From the NCBI GenBank assembly GCA_045106935.1, contig JBGCFN010000036.1:2678-66677 (forward strand): 64,000 nt of DNA, given 5' to 3'. The notes under the pieces were generated by a model, which worked only from the letters and a program-made list of their open reading frames with translations, was not told where the DNA came from and did no database searches. Below are positions 28,824-39,369 of the stretch, one piece after another. Numbering within the stretch: the stretch's first letter is position 1; each line of letters begins with the position of its first letter. This DNA comes from Gammaproteobacteria bacterium (GTDB lineage Bacteria; Pseudomonadota; Gammaproteobacteria; UBA4575). The position numbers and the translations under genes were made by a program.

Positions 28824-30026
28824 TTAATTGACGAGCGCATCGAATATTTGAAAGCCAGCAATGTATGTTCCAAACACCGAACCCAAAGTGCTCAGCAGAA
28901 ACACGAGAATTAATCTAGCGACACGATTAGAACGCCAGCCAGATAACTTAGTTGTATCAACACGCACATTTTCAAAATCTTTTATCGTGGGTTTTCGTAG
29001 ATACAGTTCAACAGCAGACGTCACGATGCCTGCGCCAATGGTGGGATTTAACGAGGTGAGAGGTGCGGCAAGAAAAGCTGTCAACACCGTTAATATGTGT
29101 GCCCCTGCAATGGCTGCACCTAGCGCAGATAGTCCTCCGTTGATTAACACCCAGTCCAGAACAAGACTCCACCCTAATTCCGTACTCTTACTAAATCCAA
29201 ATGCAAATCCCGTTAATACTAAAGCAACAATTATCCACGGTATAAATTTGCCTATGTTTGAGCCTTTAGGTAAATGCGTCAAATCTCGAATCGTCTCTTG
29301 TGGATTTGCATTACCACTAGTCAACTCTTTTTTGATGCCGGCTAAATGCCCCGCACCGACAACCGCTAAGATATTGTTACCGTCGCGCTTTTCGACAACT
29401 TGTCGAAGTTTTGCCGACATAAATTGATCGCGCTCAGCAATTAGTGGACTAAAAAGGTCATAGGCAGATGTCGCAAATTGTGCGAACGTATTCTCAAGCA
29501 TATCACCCGTCTTGAGCTTCTCAATTTCTTCTTCAGTGACCTTCTCATTTGTCATGACACTGGCAATCAACCCTGAAATAACATACAGCTTTCTCCACCA
29601 AGGGATATTTCTGTATAAGCGTTTCAAAGTAATACCAATATCTCTATCTACCAATTCCAGTTGTAATTCATTTTCTTTGGCAAGATCAATCGCAACACGC
29701 ATTTCCTCACCTGGCTGCACATCGAACTGCTCAGCCAAGCGTTGCTGGTAAGCACCTAGCGCTAAACTCGCCGCGACCATACTGGCCTTCTTTGTTTTTA
29801 TTACTTCAAATAAATCCATGTCAGCTAATGAATTTGGATTGATAATCGATTTATAGCGACTCTCGCAAAGCTCAATCGCGATGACATCAAATTGATTGGT
29901 CTCAATCAATTTTCTCACTGCCTCTGCGCTGGCTTTGGACACATGCGCAGTTCCTATAATAGTAATATTTGTATTGTTTACCTGAATCTCTTCAATTGGC
30001 TGAGATTCAGCAGATAATTCACTCAT
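28824..30026 (-). CDS. TraB/GumN-family protein.
   Basis: IIGTAHVSKAS N-terminal motif, VVGAGHLAG, C-terminal TM bundle. Confidence 0.8.
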   Translation of the reverse strand: MSELSAESQPIEEIQVNNTNITIIGTAHVSKASAEAVRKLIETNQFDVIAIELCESRYKSIINPNSLADMDLFEVIKTKKASMVAASLALGAYQQRLAEQFDVQPGEEMRVAIDLAKENELQLELVDRDIGITLKRLYRNIPWWRKLYVISGLIASVMTNEKVTEEEIEKLKTGDMLENTFAQFATSAYDLFSPLIAERDQFMSAKLRQVVEKRDGNNILAVVGAGHLAGIKKELTSGNANPQETIRDLTHLPKGSNIGKFIPWIIVALVLTGFAFGFSKSTELGWSLVLDWVLINGGLSALGAAIAGAHILTVLTAFLAAPLTSLNPTIGAGIVTSAVELYLRKPTIKDFENVRVDTTKLSGWRSNRVARLILVFLLSTLGSVFGTYIAGFQIFDALVN

Positions 30027-30046
30027 TGGATTTAAAAAAGGTTAGA

Positions 30047-30400
30047 TTAATATTCGGTATATTTTTTTGAGCTGCCTTTCACTTTACTCACGGGATATCG
30101 CTCATCGTTAATTTTCATTTTTTCTTTCGTGACAGACATCAGATCAACATTTAGCTGATCACTTATACGCAGTAAATATATAAATATATCTGCTAACTCA
30201 TAACTCACAAGCTGTTGCTTAGCTTCACCCAAGGCATAACTCGACTGGTCCGGCATCCATTGGAAATGTTCAAGCAACTCAGATGCTTCGACAGATAACG
30301 CCATGGATAGATTTTTAGGACTATGAAATTGCTCCCAGTCACGATCTTGCGCAAACTTTCTTAGCAATAATTTTAGTTCTTCTACTTCACTTTTTTCCAT
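30047..30400 (-). CDS. MazG-like nucleotide pyrophosphohydrolase.
   Basis: FAQDRDWEQFHSPKNL...EASELLEHFQW...ELADIFIYLL, all-alpha NTP-PPase motifs. Confidence 0.8.
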   Translation of the reverse strand: MEKSEVEELKLLLRKFAQDRDWEQFHSPKNLSMALSVEASELLEHFQWMPDQSSYALGEAKQQLVSYELADIFIYLLRISDQLNVDLMSVTKEKMKINDERYPVSKVKGSSKKYTEY

Positions 30401-31758
30401 TATGATTCAGCCATGGCCATGTTTAAATTGTCGGCTTTATCCGCATTCATCTCTATCACCTCTTTAATCGTTAAGTCACCCAGCTCACGCTCTATCGAAC
30501 CCTCCACTCTATCGACAATGTGCAATGCCATATCCGTATCAGCATTATGCATGGCCACGGGAGAAAATATTGCGTAGCTACAACGTATTGCAGAATAGGC
30601 TTCAGACACTGTTAAATTTTCCAGAGGTGTTGCTGGCAAATACGATGAAGAAGACACACCGACACTGTGTAATATCCCGGCATCTTCATAACACTGCAAT
30701 ACTTCTTCGACTGACTGTTTAGGACAAGACAAATGATCCACAATAGCTTCTATGCTGACAGGAGATTGGCGATTATAGAAGCTCGCCCCAATCATTAATA
30801 ATACATTCAAAGCAATATGTTCACGATCGTGATTATTTAATGACACTGTTTGACTCTTTGCCATTAAGTACTCGGGATACTGCCGATAAAACGCAACACT
30901 TGAACCAACCAACAAGATTAACCAATTCAAATACAACCAAGTCATAAAGAAAAAGATAATCGCGAAACCTGCGTAGATAGCAGTCTGGGTAGACGATTGC
31001 GCAATCACTAATGCAAAAAGATATCCCACTGATTGCCATAATATGCCTGCTGCCACCCCACCAGTTAAGGCAGGAATAAATCTCACCTTAGTATTAGGCA
31101 CAAACGAATAAACAAAAGTAAAAGCAAAGATAATTAATACGTATGGAATCAGTTTAGTAATAAATTCCAACACCAAACCAAATGGTTCTACGCTGGCTAA
31201 ACTTTGAGTGACAGAATTATTCAATAATGTCGCCGTCGTCCCCATCGCCAGCAGTACCAAAATAGGTCCCACCATCAGCACACTCAAATAACTACTGAAG
31301 CGCTCTGTTAATGTTCTTGTTTTATGAATGCGCCAAGTATAGTTAAAGGCTTCTTCAACTTTCGTTAATAATGAAATAACCGAATAGAATAATAGTGCGA
31401 TTCCCAGCACCCCTAGCAGCCCCACTTTAACGTTATCTACAAAACCAATAATATTACTGGTCAGCTCTGGCGCTTTATCTCCTAAATGTGAAAATAAATT
31501 AAGTAACGCGGGTTCAATTTGATTATGCACACCAAAGGCTTTTAACACAGAAAAGCTGACGGCTATCAAAGGCACAAATGACAAAATTGTCGTAAACACT
31601 AATGACATTGCCCGCAAATTTAATTGCCCGTTTGCCAGATCATTGACAATCAAATAAGCAAAGCGACAGACATTCATCGTAAATCGCTTCCATAATGATT
31701 GCGACTTTATATCGGCCTGCCAAATAGCATCAGATATTTTTGTTAAAATAGCTTGCAT
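30400..31758 (-). CDS. YihY/BrkB-family membrane protein with a C-terminal soluble (wHTH-like) extension.
   Basis: Six-TM YihY core (LRAMSLVFTTILSFVPLIAV...) plus a tail of about 150 aa. Confidence 0.75.
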   Translation of the reverse strand: MQAILTKISDAIWQADIKSQSLWKRFTMNVCRFAYLIVNDLANGQLNLRAMSLVFTTILSFVPLIAVSFSVLKAFGVHNQIEPALLNLFSHLGDKAPELTSNIIGFVDNVKVGLLGVLGIALLFYSVISLLTKVEEAFNYTWRIHKTRTLTERFSSYLSVLMVGPILVLLAMGTTATLLNNSVTQSLASVEPFGLVLEFITKLIPYVLIIFAFTFVYSFVPNTKVRFIPALTGGVAAGILWQSVGYLFALVIAQSSTQTAIYAGFAIIFFFMTWLYLNWLILLVGSSVAFYRQYPEYLMAKSQTVSLNNHDREHIALNVLLMIGASFYNRQSPVSIEAIVDHLSCPKQSVEEVLQCYEDAGILHSVGVSSSSYLPATPLENLTVSEAYSAIRCSYAIFSPVAMHNADTDMALHIVDRVEGSIERELGDLTIKEVIEMNADKADNLNMAMAES

Positions 31759-31762
31759 TAAT

Positions 31763-32527
31763 TCACTCTTTAGAACACACGGTACAACTTAAATCTTGAC
31801 GCAATCTCACTGAACGCCATTCCATATGTAACGCATCTAGCAACATTAATTTACCGGATAACGATTCTCCAATACCTAACAAAAGTTTAATTGCTTCTGT
31901 CGCCATCATGGTGCCTACAATTCCCGCCACGGGACCTAATACCCCATTTTCTGAGCAATTTAACTGCTCATCTTGTGCGTTAGGATACAAGCAATGGTAG
32001 CACGGTGAGTCTTCGTTTCTGAGATCAAACGTCGTCAGCTGCCCTTCAAAGCGTATGACCGCACCCGACACCAAGGGTGTCTTAGCATTTAAACACGCTT
32101 TATTGTGTTTATATCTGGCTGCAAAATTATCTGTGCCATCAAGGACAATGTCAGCGTTGTCTACCAGTGTCTGCAATACGTCATCATCAGGTATTACTGT
32201 GACCGCTTTAATTTCAACTGACGTGCCAAACTGAGCTAACTTTTTCTTTGCCACTTCTGCTTTATAGTGACCAATATCTTCAACTGAATATAAAATTTGG
32301 CGTTGTATATTTGATTGTTCAACGACATCTGGATCGACAATCACAATGTCGCCTATCCCGGCGGTTGCCAGATATGACAACGCAGGACAACCCAAACCGC
32401 CGGCGCCTAAGACGAGCACACTTGCCGCCATTAATCTTTGCTGACCCTCAACATCAATTTGCGGCAACATAATCTGGCGACTAAATTGCAGCAATTGTGC
32501 GTCAGTTAATTCTCGAGAATTAGGCAT
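31763..32527 (-). CDS. moeB: Molybdopterin-synthase adenylyltransferase (MoeB/ThiF family).
   Basis: VLVLGAGGLGC nucleotide loop, SNIQRQILY, CYHC and CTVC zinc pairs. Confidence 0.8.
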   Translation of the reverse strand: MPNSRELTDAQLLQFSRQIMLPQIDVEGQQRLMAASVLVLGAGGLGCPALSYLATAGIGDIVIVDPDVVEQSNIQRQILYSVEDIGHYKAEVAKKKLAQFGTSVEIKAVTVIPDDDVLQTLVDNADIVLDGTDNFAARYKHNKACLNAKTPLVSGAVIRFEGQLTTFDLRNEDSPCYHCLYPNAQDEQLNCSENGVLGPVAGIVGTMMATEAIKLLLGIGESLSGKLMLLDALHMEWRSVRLRQDLSCTVCSKE

Positions 32528-32542
32528 TAATTTATGTGTTAA

Positions 32543-32848
32543 TTATTTTTTGTTTTTGTTGAATTCTGCGAGTTGTTCCGGTGTCGCTTCTTTTTGGTAT
32601 TTTTCTTTCCATTCAGAATATTGCATACCGTATACCTGCTCTCGCGCCTGATCATAATCCAATTCAAGCCCTTGCTCTTTAGCTGCCGCTACAAACCATT
32701 TTGACAAACAATTACGACAAAAATCAGCCAGGTTCATCAAGTCAATATTTTGCACATCTGGCTTTGATTGCAGGTGCTCAACTAAACGTCTATAAACAGC
32801 CGCTTCAATTTCCATTTGTTTATCACCCACTTTATGCTCATCACTCAT
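32543..32848 (-). CDS. DUF1244-family protein.
   Basis: EIEAAVYRRLVEHLQ...NLADFCRNCLSKW pattern. Confidence 0.65.
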   Translation of the reverse strand: MSDEHKVGDKQMEIEAAVYRRLVEHLQSKPDVQNIDLMNLADFCRNCLSKWFVAAAKEQGLELDYDQAREQVYGMQYSEWKEKYQKEATPEQLAEFNKNKK

Positions 32849-32927
32849 GTATTTATGCTCCTTGTTAGGTTTGAAACCTTTATAATCTGATTTCTATGTA
32901 TTTTACATTGAAGCGCTCCATTCCAAC

Positions 32928-33518
32928 ATGAAAACACACAACAATATTACTGGTTTAATACTTGCCGGCGGATTAGCTCGTCGCATGGGTGGGTCAGACA
33001 AAGGCCTGGTCGAATTAGGAGGACGGCCGATGATTGCCTACATCATTGATGCGTTAGCCCCTCAAGTAGGTTCTATTTTGATCAATGCTAATCGTAACAT
33101 TAGCTCTTATGAATCATACGGCTATGATGTGATTAGCGATGAACTTGAAAATTTTCAAGGCCCGTTGGCTGGCATGGCGAGCGGACTAAAGCACTGTCAT
33201 ACTGATTATATCGTGACCGTTCCTTGTGATGGGCCTGTATTGCCAGAAAATTATGTCGATATACTCCTGCAAGCCGCAACAGATGCGAATTGCCCGATCA
33301 GTGTTGGCTTCGACGGCGATCGATTACAACCGGTATATGCCCTGATTCACCGAGATTTATTAGACGATTTAAATGAATATCTTGCTTCTGGCGAACGTAA
33401 AATTGATCGTTGGTATGATAAACATAATTTTGTAAAAGCCAATTTTTCTTCATGCAAAGAAATGTTTACTAATATTAATACGCCTGAAGATGTGCAAGCA
33501 GCCAGTAAATTAATCTAG
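32928..33518 (+). CDS. mobA: Molybdenum cofactor guanylyltransferase.
   Basis: LILAGGLARRMGGSDKGL motif, VPCDGP. Confidence 0.85.
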   Translation: MKTHNNITGLILAGGLARRMGGSDKGLVELGGRPMIAYIIDALAPQVGSILINANRNISSYESYGYDVISDELENFQGPLAGMASGLKHCHTDYIVTVPCDGPVLPENYVDILLQAATDANCPISVGFDGDRLQPVYALIHRDLLDDLNEYLASGERKIDRWYDKHNFVKANFSSCKEMFTNINTPEDVQAASKLI

Positions 33519-33533
33519 CTAACACGACAATTA

Positions 33534-34067
33534 ATGATGAATTTAGACAACTGCCCCACACCTCTGATTGGATTTTGTGCTTTCAGTGGCACAGGCAAGA
33601 CAACGCTATTAACGAAACTGATCCCAATTCTCAGCCAGCGTGGCATTCGTCTCGCAGTCATTAAACATGCTCATCATAATTTTGATGTCGACCATGAAGG
33701 CAAAGATAGTTATCAGCTTCGCCATGCCGGTGCCGCACAGATGCTGATTTCATCCTCACGCCGCTGGGCATTAATGACCGAATTAAGTGAATCACAAACC
33801 GAATTATCATTACCAGACCTGGTGTCGAACATTGATCATGTAAACATCGACTTAATTTTAGTGGAAGGTTTCAAAAAGCTATCTTTCCCTAAAATTGAAT
33901 TACATCGACCAAGCTTGGGTCACCCTATTATGAGCCTAGACGATAAAAATATTATTGCCTTGGCCACAGATGAACCATGCGCCAATACTGAACAAGTAGT
34001 TTGCTTAGATATCAATGAACCTAAGGAGATAGCGACTTTTATCTGTAGTCACTTTAAGCTCGGCTAG
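33534..34067 (+). CDS. mobB: Molybdopterin-guanine dinucleotide biosynthesis adaptor MobB.
   Basis: P-loop GFCAFSGTGKTT, IKHAHH, LVEGFK. Confidence 0.85.
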   Translation: MMNLDNCPTPLIGFCAFSGTGKTTLLTKLIPILSQRGIRLAVIKHAHHNFDVDHEGKDSYQLRHAGAAQMLISSSRRWALMTELSESQTELSLPDLVSNIDHVNIDLILVEGFKKLSFPKIELHRPSLGHPIMSLDDKNIIALATDEPCANTEQVVCLDINEPKEIATFICSHFKLG

Positions 34068-34329
34068 ATAAGAAATGTGTGTTCTAACACCAATTATTGA
34101 TTTAGATATCCTCTATACTCCCGACTCATGTAAAATAGCTCGGCAATTGAAAGTAATACTACTTATTGTTAATCCGCGTAATATTTAACACACGAAGTAT
34201 CAATTAGTTACATCATTTTATTAATCAAATTTATAATGTATTGTCAATTATCCAAAAACACTGAACAGACCACTCATCAGTGCGCCCCCCAATCAACGGA
34301 CGCTGAACTAGAATCCAGGAGGACTAAAC

Positions 34330-35643
34330 ATGTCTAGTCAATCGAAGAAAACCGTCACTATCACTGACAACACTAGCGGTAAGCAAGTCGAGTTGCCTGT
34401 CCTTGAAGGCACTGACGGTCCAGGTACTATAGATATTAGATCACTCTATAAAGAACTTGGTTATTTCACATTTGACCCAGGATTCATGTCCACTGCGAGC
34501 TGTGACAGTAAAATTACCTTTATTGATGGCGCCGAAGGCCGCTTAGCCTATCGCGGCTATCCAATTGAACAACTTGCCGATAATAGCACCTATGATGAAG
34601 TTTGTTATTTGCTACTTTATGGAGAGCTGCCTGCCGAGAAGCAACTCACCAATTACACTAATTCAATCAAGGAGCACAAACTTCTTGATGAGAAAATGAG
34701 ACGATTTTTCTTAGGCTTCCGCCATGACGCACACCCTATGGCAATGATGGTCGCTTCAGTTGGAGCACTTGCGGCGTTTTATCATGAAGAAGTCGACGTA
34801 CACGATCCGATTTCTAGAGAATTGGCAGCACACCGTCTCATCGCAAAAATGCCGACCATTGCGAGTTGGTGTTACAAGTTTGCCCTTGGCCAACCGTTTA
34901 ACTATCCAAATATTGAATTAGATTACACTGCAGACTTTTTGCACATGCTATACAGCATGCCAGGCCGCTTATATAAGCCAACGCCAACAATGGTTCGTGC
35001 CATGGATTTGATTTTGATCTTACATGCAGATCATGAGCAAAATGCATCAACCTCTACTGTTCGACTCACCGGTAGTTCAGAGGCTAGCCCATTTGCTGCC
35101 TTATCTGCTGGTATTGGCTCACTTTGGGGACCAGCTCATGGTGGAGCAAATGAAGCTGTGATTCTCATGTTGAATGAGATTGTCGAATCAGGTAAAGACT
35201 TATCTCACTACATTGCTCGTGCAAAAGATAAAGATGATCGTTTCCGCTTAATGGGATTCGGCCACCGAGTTTATAAAAACTACGATCCACGCGCTAAAAT
35301 AATTCGTCAAATTTGTCATGATTTATTAGACGAACTTGACGACGACAATCCGAACAAACCGTTACTTAAGATAGCAATGGATCTTGAGAAGATTGCACTT
35401 GAGGATGACTACTTCATTAAACGTAAGTTATATCCGAATGTAGATTTCTACTCAGGAATCATTTTCCAAGCGATTGGTATTCCAGTAAGTATGTTCACTG
35501 TGATCTTTGCCTTATCACGTACCGTTGGATGGTTAACTCATTGGATGGAAATGATGAGCGACCCTGACGCTAGAATTGGCAGACCTCGCCAGCTCTACAC
35601 AGGCTATGCATCAAGAGATTATGCTGACATCAAGACACGTTAG
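34330..35643 (+). CDS. gltA: Citrate synthase (type II).
   Basis: GFGHRVYKNYDPR, HADHEQNASTS, AGGAGG SD. Confidence 0.95.
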   Translation: MSSQSKKTVTITDNTSGKQVELPVLEGTDGPGTIDIRSLYKELGYFTFDPGFMSTASCDSKITFIDGAEGRLAYRGYPIEQLADNSTYDEVCYLLLYGELPAEKQLTNYTNSIKEHKLLDEKMRRFFLGFRHDAHPMAMMVASVGALAAFYHEEVDVHDPISRELAAHRLIAKMPTIASWCYKFALGQPFNYPNIELDYTADFLHMLYSMPGRLYKPTPTMVRAMDLILILHADHEQNASTSTVRLTGSSEASPFAALSAGIGSLWGPAHGGANEAVILMLNEIVESGKDLSHYIARAKDKDDRFRLMGFGHRVYKNYDPRAKIIRQICHDLLDELDDDNPNKPLLKIAMDLEKIALEDDYFIKRKLYPNVDFYSGIIFQAIGIPVSMFTVIFALSRTVGWLTHWMEMMSDPDARIGRPRQLYTGYASRDYADIKTR

Positions 35644-35665
35644 TCTCTAAGCAAGTAAGTACACG

Positions 35666-35700
35666 AAAGCCCTGCTCGCTTAAACGATCAGGGCTTTTTT
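35666..35700. terminator. Bidirectional rho-independent terminator between gltA and metX.
   Basis: AAAGCCCTG / CAGGGCTTT stem followed by T7, with an A-rich 5' flank. Confidence 0.7.
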
Positions 35701-36884
35701 TATGCCGGGATATTTTGCTCAAAAAATTTGCGCATGACAGGGGCGAAATGTTCTTCGTCAACCAAGAATGAATCATGGCCATTAATTGAATTAAGTTGAA
35801 CAAATTCAACTGGACGGCCAGATTTACCAATACCATCAGCAATTTCTTGTTGTTGATGCACGGGAAATAAAATATCTGTTTCAACACCAATAATTAACGC
35901 ACTTTTGGTTTGGACTTTTGCAAGCCCAGCATTTACAGAACCTCCGTGATCAGCGACATCAAACAAATCCATCGCGCGAGACAAATATAAATAGCTATTT
36001 GCATCAAAGGTTTTAACAAATTTATGCGCGTTGTAATCTAAGTATGATTCAACTTCAAATTCAATCCCAAAACGATCATCTGATTTTCTATCCGCACTCA
36101 CACGTGCACGATTAAAACGTTGGTGCCACTCTTCAGCAGCACGATACGACATGAGACCTAATTTACGCGCCAACACCATTCCACTGGTTGGCTCTTGGCT
36201 TGGATCATATAAGCCATTTTTAAAGGCAGGATCACAACGTATGATTTCTCGTTGCAAAGATCGCACCGCGATTGTAAAAGGTAAGGCGCGAGTGGCCGCA
36301 GATATTGAAATTAAATGATCAACTTCTTGCGGATACATTAACGCATAGGCTAACGCAGACATACCTCCCATCGAACTACCTACTACGGTATGCAAATGGT
36401 CTATGCCTAAATCCAGTAAAGCATGATGAGCAGACTTAGCCACATCTTCAATACTAAGGTCTGGAAAGTCTAATCCGTAAATTTGGCCTGTTTCAGGATT
36501 AATTGATGACGGGCTCGTCGACCCAAAACAACTACCCAAGGTGTTAACGCACACTACATAATATTTATTAGTATCGATTGGCTTACCTGGTCCAATCATA
36601 TACTCCCACCAACCTTTACTTGGATCTTGTTCAGACGAACATGCATGCGCAGATGGTGATAAACCACCAAACACCAGGACAACATTGTCATGGTTATCTG
36701 ATAAATGCCCCCAAGATTCATAGGCAACAACGACTTCTTTAAGCACGCCACCACGGTGCATGACAAAGTCGCCCGTGCCATAATCTCCTCTCAAGGTCAC
36801 AAATTTTGTGGCTGCAGTCGTACGAGAATGAGTTTGTTTTACTTCCAATGTACTGGTACTCATAGTTAAATCAGTTCTGTCCAA
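35700..36884 (-). CDS. metX: Homoserine O-acyltransferase MetX.
   Basis: Alpha/beta-hydrolase nucleophile elbow GSSMGGM, MetX-type N-terminal region. The start may be the ATG at 36863 rather than the TTG at 36884. Confidence 0.9.
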   Translation of the reverse strand: MDRTDLTMSTSTLEVKQTHSRTTAATKFVTLRGDYGTGDFVMHRGGVLKEVVVAYESWGHLSDNHDNVVLVFGGLSPSAHACSSEQDPSKGWWEYMIGPGKPIDTNKYYVVCVNTLGSCFGSTSPSSINPETGQIYGLDFPDLSIEDVAKSAHHALLDLGIDHLHTVVGSSMGGMSALAYALMYPQEVDHLISISAATRALPFTIAVRSLQREIIRCDPAFKNGLYDPSQEPTSGMVLARKLGLMSYRAAEEWHQRFNRARVSADRKSDDRFGIEFEVESYLDYNAHKFVKTFDANSYLYLSRAMDLFDVADHGGSVNAGLAKVQTKSALIIGVETDILFPVHQQQEIADGIGKSGRPVEFVQLNSINGHDSFLVDEEHFAPVMRKFFEQNIPA

Positions 36885-36973
36885 TCAATTTTAAAAACAC
36901 GCTAAATATTAAGGTTAAATTATATCGATTATTAAAATTTTACGCTAAGTTTTATTCAACATTTAATCAAACA

Positions 36974-37471
36974 TTAACGTTTATCAGATTGCAAATGAGC
37001 CACAATGATGAGAATCATTAATACAACAAACAATAATAAGGTTTGCTGAGGAATTGTCATGCCAATGAAAGTCCAGCTAACTTCTGCACACTGACCTGAC
37101 CCGGTAAATATACGTTTTATTACATCGCCCAATGGAAATACATCGAGCATATAGCTCAAGTCTGGTCCACATTCTGGCACTTGATCTGGTGGTAACCCTT
37201 GTAACCATATATGTCGTGCTGCCACACCAATACCCACAAGCGCAAACAAGCTAGCCATACTGCTATATATCCAGCGCATTATTCCACCTGAATTATGCAA
37301 GAAAGCAATAAAACAGATGACAGCAATCGCGACTAAAATTCCTCTATCCACCATACACAAAGGACATGGTTCTAAAAATAAAACCGCCTCCAAGTAATAG
37401 AGTGCAAATAGCATTGAGGCAATGACAATCCCGACAATTGATAAATTTAATAGACGATACATAGTATTCAC
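36974..37471 (-). CDS. dsbB: Disulfide bond formation protein B.
   Basis: Four TM helices, CPLC pair, second periplasmic Cys pair (ECGPD...C). Confidence 0.85.
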   Translation of the reverse strand: MNTMYRLLNLSIVGIVIASMLFALYYLEAVLFLEPCPLCMVDRGILVAIAVICFIAFLHNSGGIMRWIYSSMASLFALVGIGVAARHIWLQGLPPDQVPECGPDLSYMLDVFPLGDVIKRIFTGSGQCAEVSWTFIGMTIPQQTLLLFVVLMILIIVAHLQSDKR

Positions 37472-37487
37472 TCTTAATTTCTTAACA

Positions 37488-37853
37488 TTATATTAGCTTT
37501 AAAAATTGATATGCTTTTAATTGTTTCAACACAGGTACTAGCGCTATAAATAACATTATTCCAACACCATTTGCCAACAGATCGGCTAATGAGGTCTCTC
37601 TTCCCGGAATGAAGCCTTGTGCATATTCAATCAAACCACTATAAATCAATATTAGCACTGCTTTAATTAATAGCTGCTTGCTCGCATTATATGAAAAATC
37701 TAACACCATCATCAGTAGAAAATAGCTAATGCAATGAATCAATTTATCATTCCACACCATCGGCACTGAGTGTGGCGCTGACGACAACGATAAAAATAAA
37801 GAACTAATGATCATACTGACTAATATGACACGGAAGAATATTTTCAAATGCAC
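37488..37853 (-). CDS. VanZ-family membrane protein.
   Basis: Four TM helices, DKLIHCISYFLL and GRETSLADLLAN motifs. Confidence 0.7.
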   Translation of the reverse strand: MHLKIFFRVILVSMIISSLFLSLSSAPHSVPMVWNDKLIHCISYFLLMMVLDFSYNASKQLLIKAVLILIYSGLIEYAQGFIPGRETSLADLLANGVGIMLFIALVPVLKQLKAYQFLKLI

Positions 37854-37900
37854 TTATCCTTTTAAGGAGTCTGGGTTCAGCATTAATATCAATAAAAAAC

Positions 37901-38443
37901 TCATGTTGATCTAAGCTCTCTATAATAATCAATTAATACATCAAGACTATAGGCAGCATTGGCAGGACTGGGATTTGGGCTAACAAACACTTTCGCATTT
38001 ATTCTATCAACAGCATTAAACCCCCACTGCCAATCGCGTTTATCGGCATAGGCATAGCGCATGAATTTCCCCATCGCCACCTTTCCATGGAACCATACAA
38101 TCGCTGGCGCATAACAATCTATTTTTTCTCGAAGCATCGGTGCGTCTTGTTTGAAATCAGCAGCACGTAACTCGTGGCCCATGGCGCTTGCTCGCTTCGC
38201 TACATCTGTAAATCCTATGCCATGTTGTTCTAGCAACTGCTTATGAATATTTTTATTTGGCGCGACGTGCTCATCGATAATATTCGCTTGATTGAATGCT
38301 TTCCAGAATCGATTGCGCGGATTAGCAAAATAAAAACCCAATTTTGCTGAAGGGATGGATGGATTCAAGCCCACCGATAAAATCCTCAACCCATGGTCAA
38401 GGTAATCTGGCAGAAAAATGTCTTTATTTTTGACAGCAACCAT
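37901..38443 (-). CDS. mug: G/U mismatch-specific uracil-DNA glycosylase (Mug/TDG).
   Basis: ILSVGLNPS...NPRNRFW ... VSPNPSPANA parallels E. coli Mug. Confidence 0.85.
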   Translation of the reverse strand: MVAVKNKDIFLPDYLDHGLRILSVGLNPSIPSAKLGFYFANPRNRFWKAFNQANIIDEHVAPNKNIHKQLLEQHGIGFTDVAKRASAMGHELRAADFKQDAPMLREKIDCYAPAIVWFHGKVAMGKFMRYAYADKRDWQWGFNAVDRINAKVFVSPNPSPANAAYSLDVLIDYYRELRST

Positions 38444-38531
38444 CTTATTTATCTTTCAAACTTCTCGCTTTTACATTATATACTTACTTGAGCTAGATAC
38501 ATTTCATCAACCGACATAATGGAGTTTTACA

Positions 38532-39233
38532 GTGAACAAGACATATGAAATTACCACGATGGAATTAGGCCCAATGGAAAATTTCATTTATCTAATTACT
38601 GATATCAAAACTAAGCAAGCTGCGGTTGTCGATCCAGCATGGGATGCCGCTAAGATTATTCAACATGCAGCATCAAAAGAAATATGCATTACAGATATTT
38701 TACTAACACATAGCCACCATGACCACATCAATGGTGTTGAAGAAATCCTCAATCATTCTGACCCACAACTTCACTTATTAAAGCCAGAAGCTGATTTTTG
38801 GGAAGCAAATTTAAATAAACCTTCTTTGCATTATGGGGGTGACACACTGCATATTGGAGAAACCGAACTAACCATTTTACATACGCCTGGGCATACACCA
38901 GGTTCAGCATGTTATTTACTTAACAATGACATTATCACGGGTGACACTATGTTCGTATTTGGATGTGGACGTTGTGACTTACAAGGCGGTGACCCAGAAC
39001 AAATGTTTTCCACACTAAAAAAGATGAAGAATGAACTCGACCCAGAAACAGTCATTCTCCCAGGACATAATTACGCCAGTAAAGCGACATCCCATTTAAG
39101 CGAGCAAATAGACGGTAATCCTTTCCTACATTTCCACAAATGTAGCGATTTCGTGGAATATCGCATGCACACACACGACAAAACACGTGACACTCCATAC
39201 AACCCTGTGACTGCTCAAGAATTACTAAAATAA
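38532..39233 (+). CDS. MBL-fold metallo-hydrolase (glyoxalase II-like).
   Basis: THSHHDHINGV, HTPGHTPG. GTG start with a GGAG SD. Confidence 0.8.
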   Translation: MNKTYEITTMELGPMENFIYLITDIKTKQAAVVDPAWDAAKIIQHAASKEICITDILLTHSHHDHINGVEEILNHSDPQLHLLKPEADFWEANLNKPSLHYGGDTLHIGETELTILHTPGHTPGSACYLLNNDIITGDTMFVFGCGRCDLQGGDPEQMFSTLKKMKNELDPETVILPGHNYASKATSHLSEQIDGNPFLHFHKCSDFVEYRMHTHDKTRDTPYNPVTAQELLK

Positions 39234-39369
39234 ATTTAAATTATTTGTAATTAACACCACACTTTTGAGGTCTTGTATTTAACAACTCACAGCTGCAGCC
39301 AAATTATGCTGTCTTTATTGAGTTGCTTTAGGTTCACTCTTTACATAGATTTAATACAAGGAATTAATC

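Noticed and set aside
28861-29427. 188-aa plus-strand ORF inside the TraB-family gene. The same applies to 55692-56096 inside urtE, 53207-53596 across urtB/urtC and 9578-9886 inside the DUF2182 gene.
   Set aside because: They are antisense or out of frame relative to genes with clear family signatures, and I recognise no motifs in them.
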